Shown here: positions 44,982-54,836 of the stretch, one piece after another | Layout of the letters: each line of letters starts with the position of its first letter | Position numbering within the stretch: position 1 is the stretch's first letter | Notes under the pieces: generated by a model | Databases searched by the model: none | The model's input: the letters and a program-made list of their open reading frames with translations, nothing else | What the model was told of the DNA's origin: nothing | Translations under genes and position numbers: made by a program | Origin: a virus | Taxonomy: Duplodnaviria > Caudoviricetes | Length of the DNA: 60,113 nt | Direction: 5' to 3' (one strand) | IMG/VR virus record: IMGVR_UViG_3300042466_000580 | Span: 1-60,113 of that record

Positions 44982-46552
44982 TGGGCCACCTCCTCTGCCA
45001 GCACTGCCTCACGGCGATCCACCTCTTGCTTCACGGCAGCCGACCACATGGCATTCAGCTTCCCCTCCCTCAACATCCACTGGAGATATGAGAGGGGCAC
45101 CACAGGGTCACGCAGGGGCCTTCCTCGCCATCTGCCAAAGGGCACCCTGAATCCACGCACGGTGGGAGTCTTGGCATCGGGGCGGGCGAACAGGTCACGG
45201 GACCGGCTATCGAACGTCACCCCCACTACCAGTTGCTTGCGCCGCTCCCGCTCGGCCTCCCGTTCCAGCCGCTCCAGTTCTTTCTGTTCATCAATGGCAG
45301 CTTGGATGTCGGCATCCAGTTCCTCCAGGGTCTGCTCCTCGCCGCCCTCGTCCTCGTCCTTGATCTTGTCGATCAGTTCCTTAGGACCCGCCATCAGAAT
45401 GTCGATGGCTGTGATGGGCTGGTGGTAGCGGCTGGTGGAGGTGATGTCATGGAGGTGCCAGTTGGGCTTGGCCGATGCAGCGATGGCAGCCGCCCGCTCC
45501 TCGACCGTGTTCAGACCATCCAGCACCCCTGGCAGGGCGCGTGTGCCCCGGCCCAGCATCTGCATATAGGTGGCCTTGGACTTGGTGGGCCTGCCGTTGA
45601 TGATGCAGCGGACCTCGGGAATATCGACACCCCGACCAAGCACCCGGCAGTTGACGATCAGCCTGCTCTCCCCGGCCTTGAACGCTGCCATCTCAGCCGC
45701 CCGCTCTTCCTCATTCTGGGTGCCGTAGACCAGCGAGGTCTTAACCCCATGCCGCTCCTGCATCATGTCCCGCATGAGGATGGACTGCCTCACGCTGTTG
45801 CAGAACATGACGTTGAACCGCTCGACCATCACTCGGTTAGCCAGGGCGGCAAGGTCATGGAGAACCTGTTCGCTGGTCAGGATGCGGTCGAGTTCATCAG
45901 GGGCGTAATCCACCCTGTTCTTTGACAGGTGGGCAAAGGACACCGACTCCACCCGATGGACCGTCACCAGGGGCTCCACCAGATACGCCAGCTTGAAGGC
46001 ATCCCGTAGCTCCATTGAGTAGCCACAGTCTGTGTAGAACCCAAACAGGCTCTCCTTCTTCTTGGAGCGGAAGGGTGTAGCCGTGATGCCCAGCACCCGT
46101 GCCCCGCCCTCAATGAACTCCTTCAGGATTTCCCGGGCAGTCTTGGAGAAGAACGAATCGCACTCGTCCACGATGATGAGGTCGATCTGCCCGATGAACC
46201 TTCGGAACCGCTCGTTGCTCTGGAGCGTCTGCCATGTGGCTACGATCCAGCCCGTGCCCGCGTCAGCCTTATTGAAAGCCTGTTCGATGTCAGCTACCTG
46301 ACGGCGAAGGTGGCGGATGGTCCCGGCCCACTGCTTCACAAGGTTGTCTTGCTGGCAGATGACCATGACCCTGGCCCCCTCCTTGGGCATACAGACCGTC
46401 GCCGTTGTCTTGCCCATCCCAGTGGGCAGAACCCCAAGGACAGCCTTGTGCCCCGCCCTGAAGCTGGCCCTGCAACCAGAGATGAATCCCTTCTGATAGC
46501 AGCGGAGGATGTCATCGAACAAAGGAAGGTGTTCGTAGCGTGGGTTGTTCAT
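44975..46552 (-). CDS. Superfamily 2 helicase
   Basis: PTGMGKT, IIVDECD, GITATP, GRGVDIP, QMLGRGTR; C-terminal 'PFGRWRG..L...P.SYLQW' module. Confidence 0.95.
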   Translation of the reverse strand: MNNPRYEHLPLFDDILRCYQKGFISGCRASFRAGHKAVLGVLPTGMGKTTATVCMPKEGARVMVICQQDNLVKQWAGTIRHLRRQVADIEQAFNKADAGTGWIVATWQTLQSNERFRRFIGQIDLIIVDECDSFFSKTAREILKEFIEGGARVLGITATPFRSKKKESLFGFYTDCGYSMELRDAFKLAYLVEPLVTVHRVESVSFAHLSKNRVDYAPDELDRILTSEQVLHDLAALANRVMVERFNVMFCNSVRQSILMRDMMQERHGVKTSLVYGTQNEEERAAEMAAFKAGESRLIVNCRVLGRGVDIPEVRCIINGRPTKSKATYMQMLGRGTRALPGVLDGLNTVEERAAAIAASAKPNWHLHDITSTSRYHQPITAIDILMAGPKELIDKIKDEDEGGEEQTLEELDADIQAAIDEQKELERLEREAERERRKQLVVGVTFDSRSRDLFARPDAKTPTVRGFRVPFGRWRGRPLRDPVVPLSYLQWMLREGKLNAMWSAAVKQEVDRREAVLAEEVAQW

Positions 46553-46767
46553 CAGACACCTTCCTTTCTGCGCCGCTCCTCACGTTCTGCTTCAGCCTGC
46601 AACCGACCGTACTTCCCGACCAACTCCTCCCTGAGAATCGTGTACTCGGGGGGCGCGTCGATCCCGATCCGCACGGCACCACCTTGGGTGATGTGCGTGA
46701 CCGTGATCTTGATGTTCCCCGGTTCGATAACGATGGTCTGATTGACCCGGCGTCCTAGTACCAACAT
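46552..46767 (-). CDS. csrA: Carbon storage regulator (RNA-binding translational regulator)
   Basis: MLVLGRRVNQTIVI...I.ITV...VRIGIDAP....ILREEL. Confidence 0.93.
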   Translation of the reverse strand: MLVLGRRVNQTIVIEPGNIKITVTHITQGGAVRIGIDAPPEYTILREELVGKYGRLQAEAEREERRRKEGV

Positions 46768-47324
46768 CACTCACCTCCGTGTGTAATTGGTTCGATTCCC
46801 AACGCTCCATCCAGCACCGATGACCGCTTTGACGGGCGACCACGCCGCTTCTTCACTGCAACATCTGGCTGGCTGCCATCGACAGGTCTGTCTCCTTCTT
46901 GTTGGCGAACCTCCCCACCCACCGGGTTGACCATTCGTGCGTTGTCCACTGGTCTTGAACCCACTTGATCCGCTCGGCCAGATCGTCCGGCACTGGCCTC
47001 ATCAACCCGCTCCTGGCTGACCGGCGGTACTGGGTGTATTGGCTCCGCAGTTCGTGGAGCCTGAGGTCCGGCATCCGCTTCCTGACCTCTAGGAAGTCCA
47101 GCCCCTGCGACACCAGTTCCGACAGAAGCACCTCGTCCTCGTCCGTCATCTCTCTGTAGCCAGCCATCGAAGAAGTTCTCCGCTTGTGCATCCAACGCCG
47201 ACTGCATCGTTCGCAACTCCGCGAACAGCAACGGCAAGACTTTCATTAAGACGTTGGGCAATTCCTGAAGGGTGGCCTTGCACAGGTAACCTTCAAGCTG
47301 GTCTATGTCGGCTTTAGACAGCAC
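46767..47324 (-). CDS. Hypothetical protein with C-terminal KRRGRP motif
   Basis: GGAGG RBS with GTG at 47324; stop overlaps the csrA start. Confidence 0.5.
   Translation of the reverse strand: MLSKADIDQLEGYLCKATLQELPNVLMKVLPLLFAELRTMQSALDAQAENFFDGWLQRDDGRGRGASVGTGVAGAGLPRGQEADAGPQAPRTAEPIHPVPPVSQERVDEASAGRSGRADQVGSRPVDNARMVNPVGGEVRQQEGDRPVDGSQPDVAVKKRRGRPSKRSSVLDGALGIEPITHGGE
46853..47149 (-). CDS. Nested hypothetical protein (possible HTH)
   Basis: MTDEDEVLLSELVSQG...; globular-looking composition, in a different frame inside the previous ORF. Confidence 0.45.
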   Translation of the reverse strand: MTDEDEVLLSELVSQGLDFLEVRKRMPDLRLHELRSQYTQYRRSARSGLMRPVPDDLAERIKWVQDQWTTHEWSTRWVGRFANKKETDLSMAASQMLQ

Positions 47325-48015
47325 CGGCCACCTCCTCTTCCTTGGGGAGAAGGGCACCAAACTGACGGCGAAGTTTGGCAATCTCGTCAGCCGTCAGGTC
47401 ACCTGTCTCAGCCAGCGACTCGGCCTGGGCGAACACCTTGGCAAGCTCGGCGGGCAGCTTGGTCAGGGTCTTGCACTTGTTCTCAACCCGCTTGTACAGA
47501 TCGTTCTTCGCTGCCTTGGGTGCAGGGGCAGGAGCCTTCTCCTTGGCCACCTCGGCGTTGACTTGAGAGTGAGCTTCCTCGGCTTGCTCCAAGTCTTCGG
47601 CACCAACGCTCCAGCCACCGGCAAGCTGGAGGAACAACTGCTTCTTCGTGTAGGTGCTGGCAGCCTCAAGGGACTGGTTGTCCTCACGCCTATTACCATT
47701 TTTGTCGATCATGTCCCGCATCGGGAGGACGCACGACACCCACTCGCCCGTCTTGTGAACGAGGCGACCGACCATCACCAACTCGGTGCCCATGTAGCCT
47801 GTCTGAAACAACGGCATGGGGAAGCCATGCTTGTTCAAGGCAGGGAGCAAGGCAACACAGATGTCACCAAGCGTCGAGTAATCAAACTTGCCGTACTCAT
47901 TACGGCCAGTCTTCTTGATCGGCTTGTACTCCATCTGGGCCAGAGCCAAGGCAGTTACTAGCTGCTTGGTTTCCGGGGATGAGGTTACGCCGCGAATGTA
48001 GTTGTCGATCTCCAT
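47314..48015 (-). CDS. ERF-family ssDNA annealing protein
   Basis: 'ALALAQ...IKK...N.Y..F.YSTL.DI.....PALNKHG', 'LVHKTGEW', 'ASTYTKK'. Confidence 0.85.
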   Translation of the reverse strand: MEIDNYIRGVTSSPETKQLVTALALAQMEYKPIKKTGRNEYGKFDYSTLGDICVALLPALNKHGFPMPLFQTGYMGTELVMVGRLVHKTGEWVSCVLPMRDMIDKNGNRREDNQSLEAASTYTKKQLFLQLAGGWSVGAEDLEQAEEAHSQVNAEVAKEKAPAPAPKAAKNDLYKRVENKCKTLTKLPAELAKVFAQAESLAETGDLTADEIAKLRRQFGALLPKEEEVAGAV

Positions 48016-48032
48016 GTGTTACTCCTTTGTTA

Positions 48033-48995
48033 CTATTCGACCTGTGAAAAAACCCGATCCCCAAAACCAGGCATGGTCAATTCATTAACCTTGCCGTAAC
48101 CGTCCTCCATCCAATCGCCGGTTGCCCTGCGACGAGCGATGTCAGTGAGAAGCTCATCCAGCCTGCGGCGGGCCCAGTCCATGTAGGAGGGCGGCAGGGT
48201 GATGACCTGGGTCAGATATGGGGCGACGGTTTGCGTCACCACAAAGTGCATGGGGGGCTCGGCCAACCCGCTGACCACTGCCCCCTGTTCGTAGAGGGCC
48301 GCACTGATTCCGTACCCGTAAGTCCTTACGGATCGGGCCCAGTCCTTGAGAATGTTCTTCTCAGAGGTGGTCTTGTAGTCCCCCAACTGTCCGCTGTTGC
48401 AGATGAAGTCAGGGCGGCAGCGGGCCATGACCCCAGCCGTGGACTCCCACCGGATTGAGGCTTCCCTATGGAGGATGTCTTCCTCAAGCTCGACTGCCTT
48501 GGGGTTCAGGCCAAAGCGGTCCTGCATCTTCCCAAGAATTTCCCCCATCTCGGGGGACAGGATGATCGCGTCCGAAGCTAGGGTGGCAAGCCACTCCTTG
48601 GTTGCCTTTTTTGTGGACAACCCCCCACTTGCGGTACAATGTTCTTCAGGGGCAGTGACCGCCCGCTCCGAGAACTGGTCGTAACCAATCTCCCTGAGCG
48701 TGTGCCAAGCACTTCCTAGCTGGAGGGCTGCCGACTTGGAGTCGGAACCCCACCCCATCTCCACGTTGTCATGGAAGACCGTGGCTGACTCTGCCAGACG
48801 AATCTGGGTGGAGCCAAGGTGAACCAGATCACCGTGATAGGTGGTGATCGGCTCGTCATAGAGAACTGAAAAGCGGGCGACGAGAGTCGAACTCGCAACA
48901 TCTAGCTTGGGAAGATAGTCACCGCCTGAATTGGGGGAAAAGTTTTTGACTTCCCCAAAAGTGGTGCCATCTTCCTCCTTACTGGAGGTAGTCAT
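48033..48995 (-). CDS. RecE-like (DUF3799) PD-(D/E)xK exonuclease; start uncertain
   Basis: 'LGSAWH', 'EASIRW...RCRPD...DYKTT', 'YGY..SAALY'. Confidence 0.85.
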   Translation of the reverse strand: MTTSSKEEDGTTFGEVKNFSPNSGGDYLPKLDVASSTLVARFSVLYDEPITTYHGDLVHLGSTQIRLAESATVFHDNVEMGWGSDSKSAALQLGSAWHTLREIGYDQFSERAVTAPEEHCTASGGLSTKKATKEWLATLASDAIILSPEMGEILGKMQDRFGLNPKAVELEEDILHREASIRWESTAGVMARCRPDFICNSGQLGDYKTTSEKNILKDWARSVRTYGYGISAALYEQGAVVSGLAEPPMHFVVTQTVAPYLTQVITLPPSYMDWARRRLDELLTDIARRRATGDWMEDGYGKVNELTMPGFGDRVFSQVE

Positions 48996-49851
48996 GGGCT
49001 CTCAAAAGTCCTTTCTTGAAGTGGCGAAACAACACGCAGCCGTCAATGGAGTCGGCAAGGAATACCGGGACCACCTCTTGCGGACGGCGAGAAAGCTGTC
49101 GGCAGCCGGAATAGATTCCGTGGCTACGGTCAATGCTGATCGCATCAACAAACTCCTCGACTCCGTTCAAGGCTCGCCCTCAACAGTGGCCGCGAATCGA
49201 AGGATGGTTTGCACCTTGATTCGTGCCGCCGTGGGGCAACGTGCTGGAAAGATAATCGACGGCATCCGAAGGGTCAAGTGTTCGGTTCCGCCTCCAGTGG
49301 CATGGTCGGAAAAAGAATTGGAGAAGCTGTTGGCGGCTGCCGATGGCATGAAGAGAACACTTTCTTCAGGTTGCCCAGCCTCCCTGTTTTTCCGCGCTTG
49401 GATTCTGACCGGCTACTACACCGGGCTAAGATTTTCGGATCAGTTAAACCTGAAGGTGAATCAGCTTCGCGGCGACCGGCTGCACCATGTCATCAGCAAG
49501 ACATCGCAGCCGTTCACAAAGGTTCTCAGTCAGGAGGTGGTGGCTCTCCTGAGGCAACTGGCAGACCACCCCGCCAACAAGGACGGCAAGACGTTCTTCT
49601 CATGGGCACTGAAGGAACACTGGCTGCGGGTCTGGTTCCGCCGACTGTGCAAGCAGGCTGGGCTGGAGGGCACACCCAAGTGGCTGAGAAGGAGCGGGGC
49701 CACAGCTTGCGAGGCTCAGAGTCCGGGGTCAGCCAGCCGCTATCTCGCGCACCGCTCCCCGGAATTGGCCCTCAAATACTACGTTGATGCCAGCTTGCTG
49801 CCGGATGCCATGCCCACCCCGCCACGGCTACAGCACAAACGGGTTTCCTAG
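48994..49851 (+). CDS. Tyrosine recombinase/integrase
   Basis: YTGLRFSD (R), SKT (K), KWLRRSGAT, LAH, KYY; GGAGG RBS before ATG 48994. Confidence 0.85.
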   Translation: MGSQKSFLEVAKQHAAVNGVGKEYRDHLLRTARKLSAAGIDSVATVNADRINKLLDSVQGSPSTVAANRRMVCTLIRAAVGQRAGKIIDGIRRVKCSVPPPVAWSEKELEKLLAAADGMKRTLSSGCPASLFFRAWILTGYYTGLRFSDQLNLKVNQLRGDRLHHVISKTSQPFTKVLSQEVVALLRQLADHPANKDGKTFFSWALKEHWLRVWFRRLCKQAGLEGTPKWLRRSGATACEAQSPGSASRYLAHRSPELALKYYVDASLLPDAMPTPPRLQHKRVS

Positions 49852-52800
49852 ATCGCCAACTGCCTGAGCCTGAGCTTTCTTCGCCGCCCTGGCTTCCTTC
49901 CGCATCTGGCGGTCGAGCCGGTAGAGGAGAACGTCATCGGGGTTGGCGTATGGCAGCATCTCTTCAGGAATGTAGCGGGACTCAAATTTCTTGATTGCTG
50001 GGGAATCAGAGAGCATATCGGTCAGTTCACGGCTGGCATCCATGCGGGCCGCATCTTCGCTGATGTTCGTGATCTTGCTGCCGGTCAACATATTGAAGGC
50101 ATTCTGGCCCAGCCGCGCCGACAGGTTGGGCACCCGCTCATCGTCCATGAGTCGGTTCGTAAGCTGAAGCACTCGCGGGGCATGGGGCACGAAGTCGAGC
50201 AGCATATTGCTGCCCTTCAACAGGTAGTCCGGTGTGCTGTATGGGTCCACGCCAGCCGCCCGCCCCAGCTTTTGGATCGTGGGCTCAAACTCATTCAGCG
50301 ATTTACCAGTGTGGAGGTTCCGGCCAGACAGTAACTCCACCCCGTCGCGGATGATCGGGTGCATTAGCTGACTGGTAGTATCAAGGAACGTGTTATATGC
50401 ACTGTCCCCGTACTTCACGCTACCATCAAGCCCCTGCTTGATGTTGAACATATTGATAAGACTGCGACCGGGAACGTCGATGCTGTTCAAGAAGCTGTTG
50501 ACACCCGGCGTTTCCGGTGCCAGTGCGTCAATCACACTGCCCAGCCCGGGGACACCACGCAATCCCTCCAGGCTGAACCCTACGCTCTCCTTGATTTGCT
50601 TGGGCGTATAGGAATCATCGGGGTTGTCAGCGTCAGTCTGATTAACAACGGCATCGGGTGCCCGCAGTGCTATGTTTGTGTAAGCACCACCCGGTCGGTT
50701 CCATATCTTCTGTGCTACATATGCACCAATTCTGGAATTGTAACTCCAGAAGGGCACGAAGCTCTTAATGAACCCCTTCTCAAACCTTGTTAGTGAACCG
50801 TAGTCCACCTGAGCCGCCATGATTCTGCGACTCGCCTCTGGCACACTGACCCCTTGAAACATTAAACCGGCGTAACCCCCAACCCGATTGATCGTGTCGG
50901 TAGTGTCACCAAGTTTGGCACCCCACCTCAACAGCGGGTCAGTGAGTTGGCGATCAGCGATGTAGTCAGAGAAGTTCTCGCCACCGAATGGGTTGATCGC
51001 CCCAGCAAACCTTCTGAGAGGGTCTGTGTATGACCTGAGTCCACCTCTATAGAACTCGGAGTAGGCGGCATTGTTCGGGCTGAGAGGGGTTCTGCCGCTC
51101 AGTGCATCACCGACTTGATAGCCAACGGTGGTGACAGGGCTGGCACCAGGGAGGACGGCATCGCGGATCGACTCGCCTGTCTGGCTGCCGGTCCATCGGG
51201 AACCAACGTCTTCGATCCTGCGGCCACCAAGAATCCCAGAGGCACCCAGGTCATCGCGGAACGCTGCGATGGCAGCATCCATGTTGGTTTCAGCCAGCGT
51301 TTTGTAGCGGGGCATCTGGGCGACGAGTGGACCCAGCCGGTCGGTCTGCCCCTGGAGCAAATACTTGGCGGCGGCATACCCGTTCCGCAGATCGTTGACG
51401 TTGCCCACCTCAATGGTGTTGCTGATCGCACCTGAGAACCAGTCACGCGCAAAACGGGCAGGCCATGTGAGGATGCTCGACTTCCACATATTGGTCAGAT
51501 CGTCCATGAATTTCCCAAGGACACCCTGCACTTCGGGCATCGCGTAGTAGTCGGAAATCCTGTTGAATCGGTCAACGATTCTCTGGTCGATTGACACGTT
51601 GGCGAGATCGGCAGCGGTGAGTGTCTGCCCCGTCCCGGCCAGTCGAGCATTGATGCGGTCGAGGATTTGCTGTTGAGCCCCCTGCAACACACCATTGGTA
51701 TTGGTGGTGCGAAGGTCGAGGTCTGTCAGCGTCCGCAGCATGGAGTCATGGCTACCACCCGGGACTTGCAGATAGTTCTCAAGGTTGGCCGATGACCCCA
51801 GAGCGTCATAGAGAACCCGCGACCTACCGATGGCCCGCTCTCTGCCACGCACATACCGGCTGGCATCCTCTAGGAAGTGCCTGTCGAACAGTCCTCGACC
51901 AGACTCCAGAGCTTGGGGGCTCATGGACCGGATGTCCCTGGCCAGCTTGGTCGCCTGGGCCCGCGTGTAGGCAGGGCCAGCACCCACTCGGGAATTGACT
52001 GTCTGAAGAATGTGGTCGGCAGCAATGGCATCGTTGGCCGCGCCGGTGACCGCAGCATCTCGGGACAGTTCATTGATGGTCTGGGTGCCACCCGGAACTT
52101 GGTAGGCCGAATCTCTCGCAAGCTGGTCGCCGGTCATTACAGACCAGTCTTTGCCCGCCTTGCCGCCCATGTTGGGTGCGTTGCGTCCAAACACACCATC
52201 GTCCACACCACGGGGGAAATACTTTGTTCCGTAGGGATCGTTCAGTTCTGCGGAACCAATGCCAGCTTCCCGGCTGCGGGTGATGTAATCGTCGGCTGTC
52301 TGCCGCCACTGGGTAACGAAGTCATCTAGGTTGTTGCTGGTGACGAGTGCTTGGTCGGCAGCGTTGGCTGTTCCCTCAATGACGTTGCGGACGGCAGTCG
52401 AAACCTGGGGGTCACCGAATGCGGCGGGCGAACGCTCTGCCAACTCCCGGGCCATGCGAGTTGTCCACCGGGAAGCTGCCTCGGTGGCCGCTCTGTCAGA
52501 TCGGACAAGACTCTTAGAGAGGATTTGCTGCCCCTCTTCAGTCGCACCCTGCACGTTGTCGCCAAAGATATTGCTGGCAGACACTCCATAGCGACCAAGT
52601 TTCGACCACCGCAGTGCCTGACCAGCCCGGTCAAACAGGGCAGCGGACCCAGCACCTAGAGCCCTGCCGCCAAAGGCATCGGGAATCTGGGCACCCACCG
52701 GGCCACCAAGAACCTTAGGCAGCCACAACCCCACATCGTTGTAGAGCCGGTCGTTTGCCACATCCGCATAGCCCATGCGGTGGTTCTTCTGGAGCCACTG

Positions 52801-53466
52801 TTCGATACCCTCTCGGGCTGCGTCTGGGTTGGCCTGGGCCTCGACCAGTTCTCTGAGCGTGGTGTTCCTGCCTGCCGTGCGACTGCCGACAATCGGGCGG
52901 GACAACAGGTCATCATCGGTCAGGTCTGCGATGCCCTTGCCGAAGTTGTCATGCAGGGAGCGGGTGGCGTTACGGGCGTAACCCATGTCGCCAAGCCGGT
53001 CGATGTCCCTGGCACCACGGGCAACGTCATCGACAAGATTGCGACCGGCAACTCGGGTCACATCGTCTGCGATACCAGCCGCCCTGGCCGCGAGCGTAGC
53101 CTTGCTGGCAGCACCCGCACCAAAGGAAACAAGATTCAGGGGGTCAGTCCCAGCGTCGAAAGCGAACTCTGCGATTGGCCTGCCCCAGCCACCCCAGGCA
53201 TCCTCGCTCGGACGAATGCCATAGGCATCCATCGTTTCGCCAGTCTCTGATCCAGAGAACAGGGGCCGTCCCATCAAGAGGTCATTCTTGAGGGAGTTGG
53301 CCCCGTTCAGCAACCCAAGCAGCTTGCTTGAGGTGGGGCGGGTTCCGCGAGTCAGACCCTCCAGTGCCTCATCCCGCTGCCATGCGGGGAGGTCTGCCAG
53401 TGCAGGCGTGTCATCTGCTATTGGCAAAAACGGATTGCTGTCGAGGAGCGGGTTGCGCCATGCCAT
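49828..53466 (-). CDS. Large internal virion / DNA ejection protein (putative)
   Basis: 1212 aa, helical and Ala/Gly-rich; C-terminal 'DYGSLT.FEK....FVPFWSY' pattern; at the end of the virion operon. Confidence 0.7.
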   Translation of the reverse strand: MAWRNPLLDSNPFLPIADDTPALADLPAWQRDEALEGLTRGTRPTSSKLLGLLNGANSLKNDLLMGRPLFSGSETGETMDAYGIRPSEDAWGGWGRPIAEFAFDAGTDPLNLVSFGAGAASKATLAARAAGIADDVTRVAGRNLVDDVARGARDIDRLGDMGYARNATRSLHDNFGKGIADLTDDDLLSRPIVGSRTAGRNTTLRELVEAQANPDAAREGIEQWLQKNHRMGYADVANDRLYNDVGLWLPKVLGGPVGAQIPDAFGGRALGAGSAALFDRAGQALRWSKLGRYGVSASNIFGDNVQGATEEGQQILSKSLVRSDRAATEAASRWTTRMARELAERSPAAFGDPQVSTAVRNVIEGTANAADQALVTSNNLDDFVTQWRQTADDYITRSREAGIGSAELNDPYGTKYFPRGVDDGVFGRNAPNMGGKAGKDWSVMTGDQLARDSAYQVPGGTQTINELSRDAAVTGAANDAIAADHILQTVNSRVGAGPAYTRAQATKLARDIRSMSPQALESGRGLFDRHFLEDASRYVRGRERAIGRSRVLYDALGSSANLENYLQVPGGSHDSMLRTLTDLDLRTTNTNGVLQGAQQQILDRINARLAGTGQTLTAADLANVSIDQRIVDRFNRISDYYAMPEVQGVLGKFMDDLTNMWKSSILTWPARFARDWFSGAISNTIEVGNVNDLRNGYAAAKYLLQGQTDRLGPLVAQMPRYKTLAETNMDAAIAAFRDDLGASGILGGRRIEDVGSRWTGSQTGESIRDAVLPGASPVTTVGYQVGDALSGRTPLSPNNAAYSEFYRGGLRSYTDPLRRFAGAINPFGGENFSDYIADRQLTDPLLRWGAKLGDTTDTINRVGGYAGLMFQGVSVPEASRRIMAAQVDYGSLTRFEKGFIKSFVPFWSYNSRIGAYVAQKIWNRPGGAYTNIALRAPDAVVNQTDADNPDDSYTPKQIKESVGFSLEGLRGVPGLGSVIDALAPETPGVNSFLNSIDVPGRSLINMFNIKQGLDGSVKYGDSAYNTFLDTTSQLMHPIIRDGVELLSGRNLHTGKSLNEFEPTIQKLGRAAGVDPYSTPDYLLKGSNMLLDFVPHAPRVLQLTNRLMDDERVPNLSARLGQNAFNMLTGSKITNISEDAARMDASRELTDMLSDSPAIKKFESRYIPEEMLPYANPDDVLLYRLDRQMRKEARAAKKAQAQAVGDLGNPFVL

Positions 53467-54833
53467 CAGTCAGCCCACGGGGTAAGGCCACGGATTGCGT
53501 TGCCAATGCCAAATCCAAGGTTGTCGCCAAACTGGGCATACGAAGCGTTCTTCCCAAAGATTCTCTGGAAGTGCTTCTGGTTATCCACCGTGTCGGGCAG
53601 GCCAGCATACTGCATGAACTGGGAATAGCTCATGTTGCCAGCCACCTGTTGGAGTTCAGACAACTCATCCGGGGAGAGCTTGTCCAGCCGCTTCGCCATG
53701 TCTCGGACGATGGGCTGGTAGTGGTTCTCCACTGCCTTCTTTGCTGCCGCCGCATCACCGTTGCTTCTCTGCATGTGCAGGGTTTCAATGGCAGTTTTGC
53801 GTCCTTGCCCAGGAGGCATCGCGGCAATCTCCTTCATGCCCTTGTCCACAGACTCCAATGCTGTCGGAGGTACTGGCTTCTGGGAGGCGAGTTCACCCTT
53901 CGCCTTCTCGGAAGCATTGTGCTGATCGGTCATGTTGCGGGCGGCATAGAGGAAGCTCTGCCCGTAAATCTGTCCGTACATGGCAGCCTTCGCACTGGCA
54001 TCGGCTAGGTCGCCCCGTGCCGCACTGGCAGACACATCCTCCATAGCCATGATGTAGCCGCGAGGTACACCCATCTGCCGTGCAATGTTGTTCTGCTTGG
54101 CTTGGTTGTCCACGTTGATGCCGATCTGGGCAGCCTTCTGGGCATCCAGATGATCGGTCAATGCACGGGTGGCTACAGCCCTGGCCGAATGACCGCCATT
54201 AGTCTGGTCATAAGAAGCCGCCATGTCTGTGTACAGCGCAGGATTCTTGGCGATTTCATCCCGGTAGCGATTAGCTTGCTGCTTCAGAAACATCTTCCTG
54301 CGGTAGTCATCGGGCACGCCCATGCCATTGGTTCGTGGCTGCGGCGCACCTTCCCCTGTCTTGACCCACCCGCCACCGTAGTCTCGGTAGCCAGCCGCCA
54401 GCATCTCTTCCCTTGTTGCCGTCTTGGGATCGACCGTGGGAAGGGGAGGGGGGGGTGGTGCCGATGGCTGCGGGGGAGCCGGGGCAGGCTGCGGATCACC
54501 ACCACCAATTCCATTGAGTACAGTGCCAAGCCCATAGCCGCCAGCCGCCACTGCGGCAGCGATCTGAGCCGCCCTCTGCCAGCCACTCACGCCAGGAGCC
54601 CGGGGTGTTGGCGTTGGAGGGGCTGTCGGCCCGGGGAGATTTCTAGTCGGGGGAGGCGACGGCAGGTTGCGGCCAGTGGGAGTAGGCGCAGCAGGGGTAG
54701 GGGCTGCGGGAGTAGGTGGCACAACGCCGGGGCGACCGGCTGGAGTTCCGGGGCCAGGGAACGGTGACGGCGACACAGCACCATTGGCGAGATCGTTAAG
54801 CCACTTGATTCCATTTCTGATCGTTCGGCTCAT
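53466..54833 (-). CDS. Putative ejection protein (Pro-rich, one hydrophobic helix)
   Basis: 455 aa; coupled to the large virion gene. Confidence 0.65.
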   Translation of the reverse strand: MSRTIRNGIKWLNDLANGAVSPSPFPGPGTPAGRPGVVPPTPAAPTPAAPTPTGRNLPSPPPTRNLPGPTAPPTPTPRAPGVSGWQRAAQIAAAVAAGGYGLGTVLNGIGGGDPQPAPAPPQPSAPPPPPLPTVDPKTATREEMLAAGYRDYGGGWVKTGEGAPQPRTNGMGVPDDYRRKMFLKQQANRYRDEIAKNPALYTDMAASYDQTNGGHSARAVATRALTDHLDAQKAAQIGINVDNQAKQNNIARQMGVPRGYIMAMEDVSASAARGDLADASAKAAMYGQIYGQSFLYAARNMTDQHNASEKAKGELASQKPVPPTALESVDKGMKEIAAMPPGQGRKTAIETLHMQRSNGDAAAAKKAVENHYQPIVRDMAKRLDKLSPDELSELQQVAGNMSYSQFMQYAGLPDTVDNQKHFQRIFGKNASYAQFGDNLGFGIGNAIRGLTPWAD

Positions 54834-54836
54834 GCG

